NCBI GenBank assembly: GCA_016181305.1
Contig: JACOZN010000001.1
Coordinates: 3,025 to 67,024 of the forward strand
Direction: 5' to 3'
From: Candidatus Woesearchaeota archaeon
GTDB taxonomy: Archaea > Nanobdellota > Nanobdellia > Woesearchaeales > GW2011-AR4
Length of the DNA: 64,000 bases
This document shows positions 55,279 through 64,000 of the stretch, in pieces. The notes beneath the pieces are model-generated. The model saw only the letters and a program-made list of their open reading frames with translations. It searched no databases and was not told the DNA's origin. Positions within the stretch are counted from its first letter, which is position 1. The number at the start of each line of letters is the position of its first letter. The position numbers and the translations under genes were made by a program.

Positions 55279-58200
55279 ATGGAAGAGCAGGCTCCGAACG
55301 ACAACCAGCAAATAAGCCAAATGCCGCAGATAGCCGTTGCAGCAGAGGCTTTGAAGACGACAAGAATCAACAAGATGGTGGTGCACGGCTTCAAGTCCTT
55401 TGCAAAGCACACTGAAATTCTTTTCGGGGGCAATTTCAACTGTGTTCTTGGCCCAAACGGGGCAGGCAAGAGCAATGTCCTTGATGCCCTGTGCTTTGTC
55501 CTGGGCAAATCCTCCTCAAGGGACTTAAGGGCGGAAAAGTCAGCCAACCTCATCTATAACGGCGGCAAGTCAAAAAAGCCTGCAAAGCATGGGGAAGTAA
55601 GCATATACTTTGACAATGCAAGCAGGATATTCCCCACAGAAGACAGGGAAGTCAAAATATCAAGGATAGTGAGGCAGAACGGGCAGTCAATATACAAGAT
55701 CAATGACAAGGCGATGACAAGGCAGCAAATTACAAATCTTCTTTCTCTGGCAAAAATAGACCCTGACGGCTACAACATCATCCTGCAGGGCGATATTGTG
55801 AAGTTTGTTGAGATGCACCCTGAAGACAGGCGAAAGCTTATAGAGGACATTGCAGGCATCTCCATTTATGAGGAGAAAAAGCACAAGGCAATGCTCGAGC
55901 TCGATAAGGTTGAGCAGCACCTCAGAGAGACAGAGCTTATCCTTACTGAGAGAAGCACATATCTCAAGGAGCTCAGGAAGGACAGGGACCAGGCCTTGAA
56001 GTACAAGGAAATGAGCGATAAAATAAAGCAAAACAAGGCTTCTTACCTAAAAATCCAGATAGACAAAAAAGATGCCGAAAAAAACGGGATACGGGGCAAA
56101 ATAGACTCCGGCAACAATGAATTGAGTGCCTTAAGGGAAAAGATAGGCAAGCTCAAGGCTGAAAATGAAGACAAAAAGAGGCAGATTGAAAGCATTTCAA
56201 GAGAAATTGAGGAAAAGGGCGAGGTGGAGCAGCTGAAGCTGAACAAGGAAGTCGAGACCTTAAAGATAGAGCTTACAAAGCACAACTCAAGGATAGACAC
56301 ATTAAAAAACGAGGTTAGTAAGATAAAGCAGAGAAGGAACGACTTGGAGGGCAACATTCAGGACACAGAAAGAAAGATAGCCCAGCTGACTGGAGAGAAA
56401 AAGGACTATGAAGCCCAGATAACCTCCAAGGAAAAAGACAGGCACATAATAAGCGGCAAAATACTGAAATTCAAGGAAAAGAATAAGCTTGACAGCGTTG
56501 CTGGCATAGAAAAGCAGGTTGAGGAGATTGACAAAAAGGCAGAAGAGCTGCAAAAAGAGATAACCGCATTGAGGGAAGGCCAGCACACGCTGATAAGGGA
56601 AAAGGACAGGATGGGGCACGAGATAAGCGTTATAGGCGACAGGATAAAAAAAGTCATTGACGTTGAGAAGGAGCATGCCCAGCAGCTCAGCTCTTTGAAG
56701 GGCAAAAGGCAGCTTTTCAAGGAGGCGACATTGGAGCTTAACAAGTGCCTTGATGATGATTCAGGGCTGGCTGTGCAGCTTTCTGATGCCAGGAGAAAGC
56801 TTAACGCAGTCAACGAGGATATTGCAAAGCTCCGCGCAAAGGACATAACCATAAGGGAGGTTGCAAGAGGCGACTTGGCTGTTAGGAAAATTCTTGAGCT
56901 CAAGGGCAAAAAAGAAGGCATCTACGGCACGGTTGCAGAGCTCGGGAATGTAAGCTCAAAATACGCTGTCGCATTGGAAGTTGCGGCAGGCCCAAGAATA
57001 AAAAGCATTGTTGTAGAGAATGACAGACTCGCAGCAGAGCTGATAAACTACCTCAAGCAGAACAGGCTTGGCACAGCAACATTTCTGCCTTTAAACAAGA
57101 TAAGCTCAAGAGAGGCTGGAGATGATGCAAAAAAGCTGGTTGGCGCAAAGGGAGTGCATGATTTGGCCATCAACCTTGTTTCTTACGACCAAAAATTCAG
57201 GAAAGTATTTTCTTATGTTTTCTCTGACACCCTAATAGTCGATGACATCCATGTTGCAACTCGCTTAGGCATCGGAAAGGCAAAATTTGTGGCTTTGGAC
57301 GGGGACATTGCCGAGGTTTCCGGGGCGATGCACGGCGGCTTCAGGGAAAGGAAAAAAGAGGCATTCGGGTTCAAGGAAAGGGAGGTTGCCGAAAGCCTTG
57401 GGGAAAGCGAGAAAAAAGCAGGCGAGCTTGAAAGCCTGATTTCAGCGCTTGAAAAGAGAAGGAACGAAAACGAAGCCAGAATAACGGAATTAAGGGAGAA
57501 AAAAGCGGTTTTTGAAGGTGAAATAATTAAGTCCGAGGCGTCAATGCATCTCGAGTCCGGCGATGCGGAAACATCGATGCAGCAGCAGAGGGAGCTGGAG
57601 GCCAAGCAAAAGGAGATTGACGGCGAAATAAGCAAAATAAGCGGCAAAATCTCAGAATGCAACAGGGAGATGACCGGACTTAAAATAGAAAAGCAGAAGC
57701 TTAGGAATGAGATTGCCCAGCTTAACGACCCTACTTTGCTTGCAGAGCTTAACACATTTGAGCAGAAGTTCAAGGAGCTCAGCGAGGAAATAATCAGGCT
57801 GAGCTCTGAAATAAAAAACATCGACGCCCAGGTAATAAACATATTCCTGCCAGACAGGGAAAAGACCGAGAAGATAATTAAGCAGATTGGCAGGGACGAG
57901 GGGGAGTTCAACAGCGAGCTTAAAAGGCTTGATGAAGCGATAGCCCAAAAAGAATCCATGCTGAAGGACAAGGAAAACACTGCAAGGGAATTCTACACAA
58001 AGTTCAAGTCGTTATTCGGAAAACAGGCCAAAATAAACGGGGAGATACAAAAAAATGAGGCGTCAATAGAAAAACTGGCAGAGGAAAGCAGGCAGGTTGA
58101 GATAAAAGTCAACTTCAACTCACTGAAAAACGCGGAAATTGCGGCTTCGCTGGCGGCGTTAATGCAGGACTTCTCCCAGTATGAGGGAGTGAAGCTCGAC

Positions 58201-58857
58201 TTGGAAAAGACTGAAGAGCAGCTGAAAAGCGAGATTTCAAAGTTCGAGAGGATGAGGGAGGACATAGGCTCTGTCAACATGAGGGCTCTGGAAGTCTATG
58301 ACGAGGCGGAGAGGCAGTACAATGAGTTTATGGACAAGAAGGAAAAGCTCGGCATGGAAAAAGACGATGTACTGGCAATGATGAAGGAGATAGAGGGCAA
58401 GAAAAAGGAATTGTTAATGAAGACATTCGAGGTTGTCAACGGCAATTTCAAGAACTTCTTCGGCATGCTTACCACAAAAGGCGCAGAAGCCGCTTTAATA
58501 TTGGAGAATGAGGAAAACCCGTTTGAGGCAGGGGTAAGAATCAATGTGAAGATAACCGGAAGCAAGTTCCTTGACATAAGGGGGCTGTCAGGCGGCGAGA
58601 AGACGCTGACTGCATTGGCTTTTATTTTTGCAATACAGGAGCACGAGCCCGCCTCGTTTTATGTTCTCGACGAGGTTGATGCGGCTTTGGACAAACATAA
58701 CAGCGAGAAGCTTGCAAAATTAATCAGGAGATACGCCGAGAAAGCCCAGTACATAATGATATCGCACAATGACAATGTGATTTCGGAAGCTGACGTCCTT
58801 TACGGCGTTTCAATGAACAATGACGGGATCTCCCAGGTTGTGAGCCTGAAGATTTGA
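55279..58857 (+). CDS. smc: Structural maintenance of chromosomes protein
   Basis: N-terminal Walker A GPNGAGKSN, long coiled coils, a hinge (GIYGTVAELG...), and a C-terminal LSGGEKTLTALAFIFAIQ and YVLDEVDAALD. Confidence 0.95.
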   Translation: MEEQAPNDNQQISQMPQIAVAAEALKTTRINKMVVHGFKSFAKHTEILFGGNFNCVLGPNGAGKSNVLDALCFVLGKSSSRDLRAEKSANLIYNGGKSKKPAKHGEVSIYFDNASRIFPTEDREVKISRIVRQNGQSIYKINDKAMTRQQITNLLSLAKIDPDGYNIILQGDIVKFVEMHPEDRRKLIEDIAGISIYEEKKHKAMLELDKVEQHLRETELILTERSTYLKELRKDRDQALKYKEMSDKIKQNKASYLKIQIDKKDAEKNGIRGKIDSGNNELSALREKIGKLKAENEDKKRQIESISREIEEKGEVEQLKLNKEVETLKIELTKHNSRIDTLKNEVSKIKQRRNDLEGNIQDTERKIAQLTGEKKDYEAQITSKEKDRHIISGKILKFKEKNKLDSVAGIEKQVEEIDKKAEELQKEITALREGQHTLIREKDRMGHEISVIGDRIKKVIDVEKEHAQQLSSLKGKRQLFKEATLELNKCLDDDSGLAVQLSDARRKLNAVNEDIAKLRAKDITIREVARGDLAVRKILELKGKKEGIYGTVAELGNVSSKYAVALEVAAGPRIKSIVVENDRLAAELINYLKQNRLGTATFLPLNKISSREAGDDAKKLVGAKGVHDLAINLVSYDQKFRKVFSYVFSDTLIVDDIHVATRLGIGKAKFVALDGDIAEVSGAMHGGFRERKKEAFGFKEREVAESLGESEKKAGELESLISALEKRRNENEARITELREKKAVFEGEIIKSEASMHLESGDAETSMQQQRELEAKQKEIDGEISKISGKISECNREMTGLKIEKQKLRNEIAQLNDPTLLAELNTFEQKFKELSEEIIRLSSEIKNIDAQVINIFLPDREKTEKIIKQIGRDEGEFNSELKRLDEAIAQKESMLKDKENTAREFYTKFKSLFGKQAKINGEIQKNEASIEKLAEESRQVEIKVNFNSLKNAEIAASLAALMQDFSQYEGVKLDLEKTEEQLKSEISKFERMREDIGSVNMRALEVYDEAERQYNEFMDKKEKLGMEKDDVLAMMKEIEGKKKELLMKTFEVVNGNFKNFFGMLTTKGAEAALILENEENPFEAGVRINVKITGSKFLDIRGLSGGEKTLTALAFIFAIQEHEPASFYVLDEVDAALDKHNSEKLAKLIRRYAEKAQYIMISHNDNVISEADVLYGVSMNNDGISQVVSLKI

Positions 58858-58868
58858 CATAGCCATTT

Positions 58869-59567
58869 TCATTTCCTGTACCTTAAATTGTACCTGAACA
58901 CATCGCTTCTTATCTCGCCGAAAAATATCCTGTAAAAAACCGACAGCAGCAATTTAAACCCGATTTTAAGCCTGCCTTCCTTCTCGAACCTTCTCATTGC
59001 AACATAGCTCTTTGCTGTCCTTAATATCCCAAACTTTCCATGTTTTCCGCATCTTTTTGCATAGTCCATGTCCTCGCTCAGCCTTATAGTTTCGTCAAAG
59101 CCGTTAACCTTTTCATGAAGCCGTCTCCTGCACATTATGCCGCTTCCTGACGCATTCGGATAGAAAAGCTGTGTTGCAAACACCCATAAATTAAAGATTG
59201 CAAAGAAAGCCGTGTCAACAAAATTGCTGCCCAACGGGCGGATGTAAACTCCGGCTATGCCCAATTTCCGCTTTTCAAACTCGTTAACGGCGTTTTTCAA
59301 AAAATTTTCGTCAAACTGCACATCAGAGTCCAAAAACAGCAAAATGCCGCCTCTTGCTATTTTCGCCCCGTTATTCCTTCCAACAGCAGGCAGCCCTCCC
59401 TTAACAATCCTGCAGCCGAATTTTTTTGCTATCTGCCTTGTCTTGTCTTTTGAGTTTGCATCCGCTACTATGATCTCATAATTCCTGTAAGACTGCTTTT
59501 TTATGCAGTTCAACAGCTTTGGCAAATACTTCTCCTCGTTGTACGCCGGGATTATTATGCTTAGCAT
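58869..59567 (-). CDS. Family 2 glycosyltransferase
   Basis: LSIIIPAYNEEKYL, DANSKD and LDSD (DxD) motifs. Confidence 0.85.
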   Translation of the reverse strand: MLSIIIPAYNEEKYLPKLLNCIKKQSYRNYEIIVADANSKDKTRQIAKKFGCRIVKGGLPAVGRNNGAKIARGGILLFLDSDVQFDENFLKNAVNEFEKRKLGIAGVYIRPLGSNFVDTAFFAIFNLWVFATQLFYPNASGSGIMCRRRLHEKVNGFDETIRLSEDMDYAKRCGKHGKFGILRTAKSYVAMRRFEKEGRLKIGFKLLLSVFYRIFFGEIRSDVFRYNLRYRK

Positions 59568-59618
59568 TTTGGCTTATTCAGATTGTATAATGCCTGGTTA
59601 AATACATAACATTTAAAT

Positions 59619-60422
59619 ATGTATATGTTTTGCTATTATATAGTGGTTAAGTTGGGGCTTAGAAAAGACTTTTTGATTCACAGGAAAAAAACCATTGACT
59701 CGTTTCAGATGGTAAGGGCGGATGTCACAAGCATCAGCCTTAGCCTCGAAACAATCAAGAACATGCTTTCTTCAATAGAGTCAAGAATCTCAGGGATTGA
59801 GAGCGAGGCATTGGGCATGCGCCAGTCGATTGAAAGGTGCTCTTCTGGAATCAGCATGCAGCAGGCAGAAAGCCTAAGCATACAGTCAAAAATCGAAGAC
59901 ATAAATGGCTCAATCCAAAATGCGGTTGCAAAAGTCAACTCATTCAGGGACAAGGTTGGCAGCCTGGTGTCAAAAAGCCAGCAAGTGTCAAGGGCTGTGT
60001 CAAAAAACAGCAATTCAATCAAAAAAATGCTGCCGAGGCTGAGAAAGCAGTCGCTTCAGGCCAGAAAGCTCAAGTCAGCATTAAGAGTGTCACAGGAAGA
60101 AGCCAAAAAACTGAGGAATCTGATAAACAGAAAATTAAGGACTACAAAAAGGGCTGATTCAGAGCTTGAGAAAAAGCTCGGGAGCCAGCGAAGGCGAATC
60201 GCGCAGTTAAACAGGAAAATAGAAGGCAGTAAAGTGGCAAGAAGGATAGCCAGAAAGATAATTAAAAAGAAAACAACCCCGAAGAAAACAATCAAAAAGA
60301 CAATAACCCCGAAAAAGACAATAACCAAGACAATAACTCCCAAGAGGACAGTAACAAAAACAGTAACCCCTAAAAAGCAGAAGATAGTCGAGGTTATAAA
60401 GCTGAAAAAGCCCTTGATATGA
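59619..60422 (+). CDS. Coiled-coil protein with a Lys/Thr/Pro-rich tandem-repeat tail; start uncertain
   Basis: Heptad-rich body and a C-terminal TTPKKTIKKTITPKKTITKTITPKRTVTKTVTPKK. A TATA-like element at about 59612 suggests the true start is the GTG at 59643 or the ATG at 59709. Confidence 0.45.
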   Translation: MYMFCYYIVVKLGLRKDFLIHRKKTIDSFQMVRADVTSISLSLETIKNMLSSIESRISGIESEALGMRQSIERCSSGISMQQAESLSIQSKIEDINGSIQNAVAKVNSFRDKVGSLVSKSQQVSRAVSKNSNSIKKMLPRLRKQSLQARKLKSALRVSQEEAKKLRNLINRKLRTTKRADSELEKKLGSQRRRIAQLNRKIEGSKVARRIARKIIKKKTTPKKTIKKTITPKKTITKTITPKRTVTKTVTPKKQKIVEVIKLKKPLI

Positions 60423-60449
60423 TTTTAGCTTTTTCTTTAATATTAATTA

Positions 60450-60588
60450 TGCGCCGGCCGGGAATTTCGTTGCAGTTCTGCACATTCGAACCCGGACACG
60501 CGGCTGCCCTCTGATTTAATGGAAGGCCGCAGTCATTTATGGCAACCGATCTTTTCCTAAAAGGTTGTAGCCATTAGACCACCAGCGC
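60450..60588 (-). tRNA. tRNA-Gly(UCC) with three BHB introns (60537-60568 in the D-loop, 60506-60519 at 37/38, 60464-60484 in the T-loop)
   Basis: Acceptor GCGCTGG/CCGGCGC (one G-U pair), D-arm GTCTAATGGCT|ATGAC, anticodon arm GCGGC-CTTCCA|A-GCCGC, T-arm CCGGG-TTCGAA|T-CCCGG. All three introns obey the BHB rule. A TATA box lies at 60612-60621 on the minus strand. Confidence 0.85.
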
Positions 60589-60629
60589 ACCAAAAGAAGT
60601 TTTGAAAGTGGATTTATAAAAGTAGTGGT

Positions 60630-61826
60630 TTATTTGCCCGTCACAATCTCTATTACATCCCTGTTCTTCAGCAAATATTCCTTTCCCACGGGCTTTCTTG
60701 TCTTGACGTCAATCGCCTTTATGAAATGGTTCCCTATATCTGTATGGAGCTTGAAGGCAAAATCCAATGCAGTTGTCTTCGGCGGCATCAGGAAGCAGTC
60801 GGGAATTACATTGCCGTGCTGGTCTGCAAGCTTGTTGACTCCGCCCGGGAATATGGCGATGTAATTCAGCAGCTCAAAAACAGCAATATCAAGCACTTTC
60901 TGCACACCTGTCGAGCCATATTTTTCAAGCACCTCTGTTTTTATGAAATTCAGGGCATTTTTCTGCTTTTCATTAAGCTTGTTTTCATTTAAAATCTGGA
61001 AATCATTGTCGCCCGGCACATAGCTAATCAAACCGTGCTTTGCAGCCTCTCTCAAAGCCAGTTCGGCTTCTGCGCTGCACGGCACAAGCAGATGCCCGGA
61101 AAACTCCTGCCTTAATCTTTCAAAATTTGCATCAGCGCCTTTTACATCAATCTTGTTGCACGCTATAAGCATCGGCTTTGTTGCTTTTCTCAGCTCTGTA
61201 GCAATCCTCAAAAGCGCATTCCTGTCCCATTTCATAATGTCAGCGTCAAGGGCCAGTTTTTGAATAATCCTATCCATAAGCTTTTCATTAACCCTCAAAG
61301 AGCTGAGCTGCTTTGCAACTGCCTTGTTAAGCTCGGGCTTTTCCTGGTTGACAGTCCTTGCAAACCTCTCCCAACCTTTTTCTATGAGCCTTAAGTACCA
61401 CATGTCAAGCTCGTGCTCCAGGAACTTTATGTCATTTGCAGGGTTGTAGCTTAAAGGAGGCACGGACTCCCCTTTCTCATTTGTTGAGCCTGCAATGTCT
61501 ATTATGTGGATTAAGGCATCTGCCTGGTTCAAGTCATCAAGAAACTGGTTGCCCATGCCCTTGCCTTCATGCGCGCCCGGAACCAGTCCAGCTACGTCAA
61601 GCAATTCCACAGGCACAAATCTCTTTGAGTCAATGCAGTACCCAAACCTTGGATTGCATTTTACATTGAATTCCTTGTCAGCACATTCAACCCTTACATA
61701 CCCAGTTCCGTGGTTCGGCTTTATAGTTGTGAAAGGATAGCTTGCAATCTCCACATTCGCCAGCGTCTGCGCCTTGAAGAAAGTGCTCTTTCCGCATGAT
61801 GGCTTTCCGACTATTCCTATAAGCAT
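60630..61826 (-). CDS. Obg-superfamily GTPase (YchF/DRG-like) with a C-terminal TGS domain
   Basis: G1 GKPSCGKST, G3 DVAGLV, G4 NKID, and a C-terminal TGS-like segment (KNRDVIEIVTGK). Confidence 0.8.
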   Translation of the reverse strand: MLIGIVGKPSCGKSTFFKAQTLANVEIASYPFTTIKPNHGTGYVRVECADKEFNVKCNPRFGYCIDSKRFVPVELLDVAGLVPGAHEGKGMGNQFLDDLNQADALIHIIDIAGSTNEKGESVPPLSYNPANDIKFLEHELDMWYLRLIEKGWERFARTVNQEKPELNKAVAKQLSSLRVNEKLMDRIIQKLALDADIMKWDRNALLRIATELRKATKPMLIACNKIDVKGADANFERLRQEFSGHLLVPCSAEAELALREAAKHGLISYVPGDNDFQILNENKLNEKQKNALNFIKTEVLEKYGSTGVQKVLDIAVFELLNYIAIFPGGVNKLADQHGNVIPDCFLMPPKTTALDFAFKLHTDIGNHFIKAIDVKTRKPVGKEYLLKNRDVIEIVTGK

Positions 61827-61869
61827 GGGAGAATGGAATAGTTTTTGTTTTAAGAATTTAACTGAAATT

Positions 61870-64000
61870 TCAGCCCTTTATAATTTCAACCAATATGACA
61901 GCATATGGCTGCATTGTAATTTCTTCAATATAATCTCCATCTATTATGATTTGCTTTGCTTTTAGAGAGCTTTCAAGCGATACTCCTTCCATGCTGTTTA
62001 TCTTGTCTATGGAATTGTCACTATCATAGTAAAATGCCTGCTTTGCAGCTTCTTTCCCTTTTGCCCTTGCTGCATCCTTGGCAAGCTTTACCTTTTGTTC
62101 TACTATTCCATTAATGCCGCATTGGGTGCTTGAAGGGCTTGCCTCTGTTTTTTTATTGAGCCTGCAGGAGTTTGCGTTGTCCTTGTCAATTGTATACCTT
62201 TTTATAATGTAGCTTCCGGTGGAGAGTCCGGAAACTGCAAGCTTGACAGTTACAGGAGACTCAGCATGAGAGGAAATGCCGGCTTCTGCCTCCTTTTGGC
62301 ATTGAGATGCATCTTCTTTTGCCTTTTGCGGAATGGTCTGCCTGTTTTTAACAGCATCCAAAAGCGATTTTAACTCATTATCGGAGTAGCCTTTTGAGGA
62401 CAGGCATGACTTGATTGCTTTTGAGCGGTACTCTCCGGCTATCTCGCCGCTGGGGACAAAATTGGATAAAAGCACCCTTGTTGTTTTCTTGTCTTTTGTT
62501 TGCGACGCTATTGCCGCCACAAAGCTGTTTTCGTCCAATTCCGCTTCAAGCCTGTAAGGAGTTTCCTGCTCCTTTTTGCCAGCCAGCATTGACAATGCCC
62601 TAAATGCATTGTACACAGGCTTGATGATTTGCGTATTGTCTATTCTGGTAAAGATGGGCCAGCATCCGTCAAAAATGCTTCCTTTCCTTTCCTTTGAAAC
62701 CTTTGAGGCTCCTGCAGCATCATAAACATCAAAGTCATGGCTGTGCCATTGAATGCCTGCCTTTTCCATGGCGTACAAGGCGGATATAACATAAGCCGAG
62801 CGGTACTCAGTGTCAAGGCTGTCAAGCTGCGGATAGGCATTTGGATCGCAGCTTACACCTTCAAGGCTCCAGTCAGCAGGATACAAAATAACATTGTCTG
62901 CGTCAAATCCATTGTCCTTAAGCCATTTTGACACGTCTTTTTTCGTCTTCTCAAAATGCCCGGCGATAGGCGGCTCGCCGAACTGGTGGTAATTAAGGAA
63001 ATCAATCTGGACTTTTTTTGCACCCGCATATTCTATAAAATTCTTCATCATTGGCTCGTTGTCTTTTGTGTCATGCTCTGTGCAGAATCTTCTGAGGTTT
63101 TCAGGATAAGGGCATGTTTTCGGCGTGCTTATACCAACTGTGCCTATTCCCCCTACCTTAATGCCGGGGTACAGATTTTTCACAGACTTGGCAGTATTCC
63201 CATACATAAGGAAAAAGTCATTCTCGCTGCCGAAAAAGCCCCAGTCGGGCTCGTGCCCGAACCAAAAGCTCAGGTCCCTGATGCCCAATCCTTTTACATT
63301 GCCCAAGTCTTTATCATTGAACTCGTCCTCGTAATAGTACTTTGCAGTGAACTGCACGACCTCTTTCCACGCGTTCCAGTCATTCGGGTATGTGTTGCCG
63401 CCTATGTTGTAGCCGTAAAGCTCGGTAAAAATCACGCTGTAAGCGTCGCAAACAGTTTTGCCGTCCTGCATTATTGAAGCCTGCCCATTGCATACAGGAT
63501 CATCAATCGGCCTGTAATTGTACGCAGAAAGCCACCTTGGCATGAACCATGTTCCGCCTCCCAACCCCATAGAAACATGCGCCTTGCCTTCCCTGGCTTT
63601 GTCCAGCTGATGCCTCAGCTCAGTGCCTGGCTTTGTAAGCTCCATGAGCCTTAGCTTGTAGTCTTTCAAGCTTTCAGAATACAAAAGAGGGTTGGTTTCA
63701 ACATTAAACTGAAACTGCATTACACCCATGGCATTTTCGCTTGCAAATTTGTCAAAAATGTATCTTGTTCCTTCCTCGCTGTCGACAACCCACATCCCTG
63801 CCTTGAACGTTGCAGGCAATTCGCCAATATGCCTGCCTGCATTGATATTCACATCAACAAAGCCAATCGGTGTTGGCTGTTCTGGCTCTGGCGGCTGTTC
63901 CTGCCCGGGCAGTTCAGGCAGTTGCATGTCTTCAGGAGTTCGCCTTAAAGTGCATCCTAAAACAATGAAGACAATTATGAAGAACGCAATAATGGCATTC
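61870..64000 (-). CDS. Exported glycoside-hydrolase-like protein (clan GH-A-type NEP-like motif), candidate lipoprotein; N-terminus runs off the window
   Basis: The frame stays open upstream of the track start to the window edge and encodes ...NAIIAFFIIVFIVLGCTLRR, a signal anchor with a lipobox-like VLGC. It has a GHEPDW (NEP-like acid/base) motif and a TIM-barrel-like pattern. Confidence 0.5.
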   Translation of the reverse strand, partial: NAIIAFFIIVFIVLGCTLRRTPEDMQLPELPGQEQPPEPEQPTPIGFVDVNINAGRHIGELPATFKAGMWVVDSEEGTRYIFDKFASENAMGVMQFQFNVETNPLLYSESLKDYKLRLMELTKPGTELRHQLDKAREGKAHVSMGLGGGTWFMPRWLSAYNYRPIDDPVCNGQASIMQDGKTVCDAYSVIFTELYGYNIGGNTYPNDWNAWKEVVQFTAKYYYEDEFNDKDLGNVKGLGIRDLSFWFGHEPDWGFFGSENDFFLMYGNTAKSVKNLYPGIKVGGIGTVGISTPKTCPYPENLRRFCTEHDTKDNEPMMKNFIEYAGAKKVQIDFLNYHQFGEPPIAGHFEKTKKDVSKWLKDNGFDADNVILYPADWSLEGVSCDPNAYPQLDSLDTEYRSAYVISALYAMEKAGIQWHSHDFDVYDAAGASKVSKERKGSIFDGCWPIFTRIDNTQIIKPVYNAFRALSMLAGKKEQETPYRLEAELDENSFVAAIASQTKDKKTTRVLLSNFVPSGEIAGEYRSKAIKSCLSSKGYSDNELKSLLDAVKNRQTIPQKAKEDASQCQKEAEAGISSHAESPVTVKLAVSGLSTGSYIIKRYTIDKDNANSCRLNKKTEASPSSTQCGINGIVEQKVKLAKDAARAKGKEAAKQAFYYDSDNSIDKINSMEGVSLESSLKAKQIIIDGDYIEEITMQPYAVILVEIIKG

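Noticed and set aside
54652-55410. The full 252-aa version of the ORF divergent from smc.
   Set aside because: The upstream 79 codons run through the smc TATA box and start codon and look non-coding. An internal ATG at 55170 with its own AT-rich upstream region is the more plausible start.
57213-57980. Long antisense ORFs inside smc (this one is 255 aa). Similar shadow ORFs lie inside the ATPase, platform, alaS, metG and glycoside-hydrolase genes (for example 12207-12614, 14970-15482, 50725-51084).
   Set aside because: They are Ser/Leu/Phe-rich mirror-frame products, typical of reading a Lys/Glu-rich gene backwards. The sense genes carry unambiguous conserved motifs.

Overview
This window looks like a 64-kb chromosomal segment of a small-genome archaeon, probably DPANN-like. 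The evidence is an archaeal-type AlaRS, RtcB plus archease, a FlaI/FlaJ-type pilus ATPase and platform protein, SMC, NreA, translin, TTTAAATA promoter boxes about 23 nt upstream of many start codons (leaderless mRNAs), and tRNA genes with introns at non-canonical positions. Coding density is high. Most genes are housekeeping (MetRS, AlaRS, GDH, malic enzyme, SMC), thiol/redox and metal handling (peroxiredoxin, ferritin-like, IscA fusion, Trx-CcdA-DipZ, FTR1, ZIP, PadR-TRASH), or membrane proteins of unknown function.

The main finding is a high load of bulge-helix-bulge (BHB) introns. I could fold 11 by hand.
- tRNA-Phe(GAA) carries five (258-nt gene, 74-nt mature RNA).
- tRNA-Gly(UCC) carries three.
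- tRNA-Leu(UAA) carries one.
- Two 31-32-nt BHB introns interrupt the coding sequence of rtcB, the ligase that rejoins BHB-cleaved exons.

After in-silico splicing, rtcB still has a 1-nt frame discrepancy and lacks about 15 conserved residues. Its functional status is therefore unresolved.

Other features worth a look:
- a free-standing LAGLIDADG homing endonuclease gene that overlaps the tRNA-Phe 3' end antisense
- an RHH-ATPase-platform pilus operon next to three paralogous membrane proteins and two coiled-coil proteins
- two paralogous membrane-anchored wHTH regulators
- a Cys-rich/TRASH/Met-rich putative metal island
- a bacterial-type Lgt with lipobox-like candidate substrates
- a six-copy 11-bp direct-repeat array in a divergent promoter region

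All calls come from reading the sequence by eye. No database searches were run.
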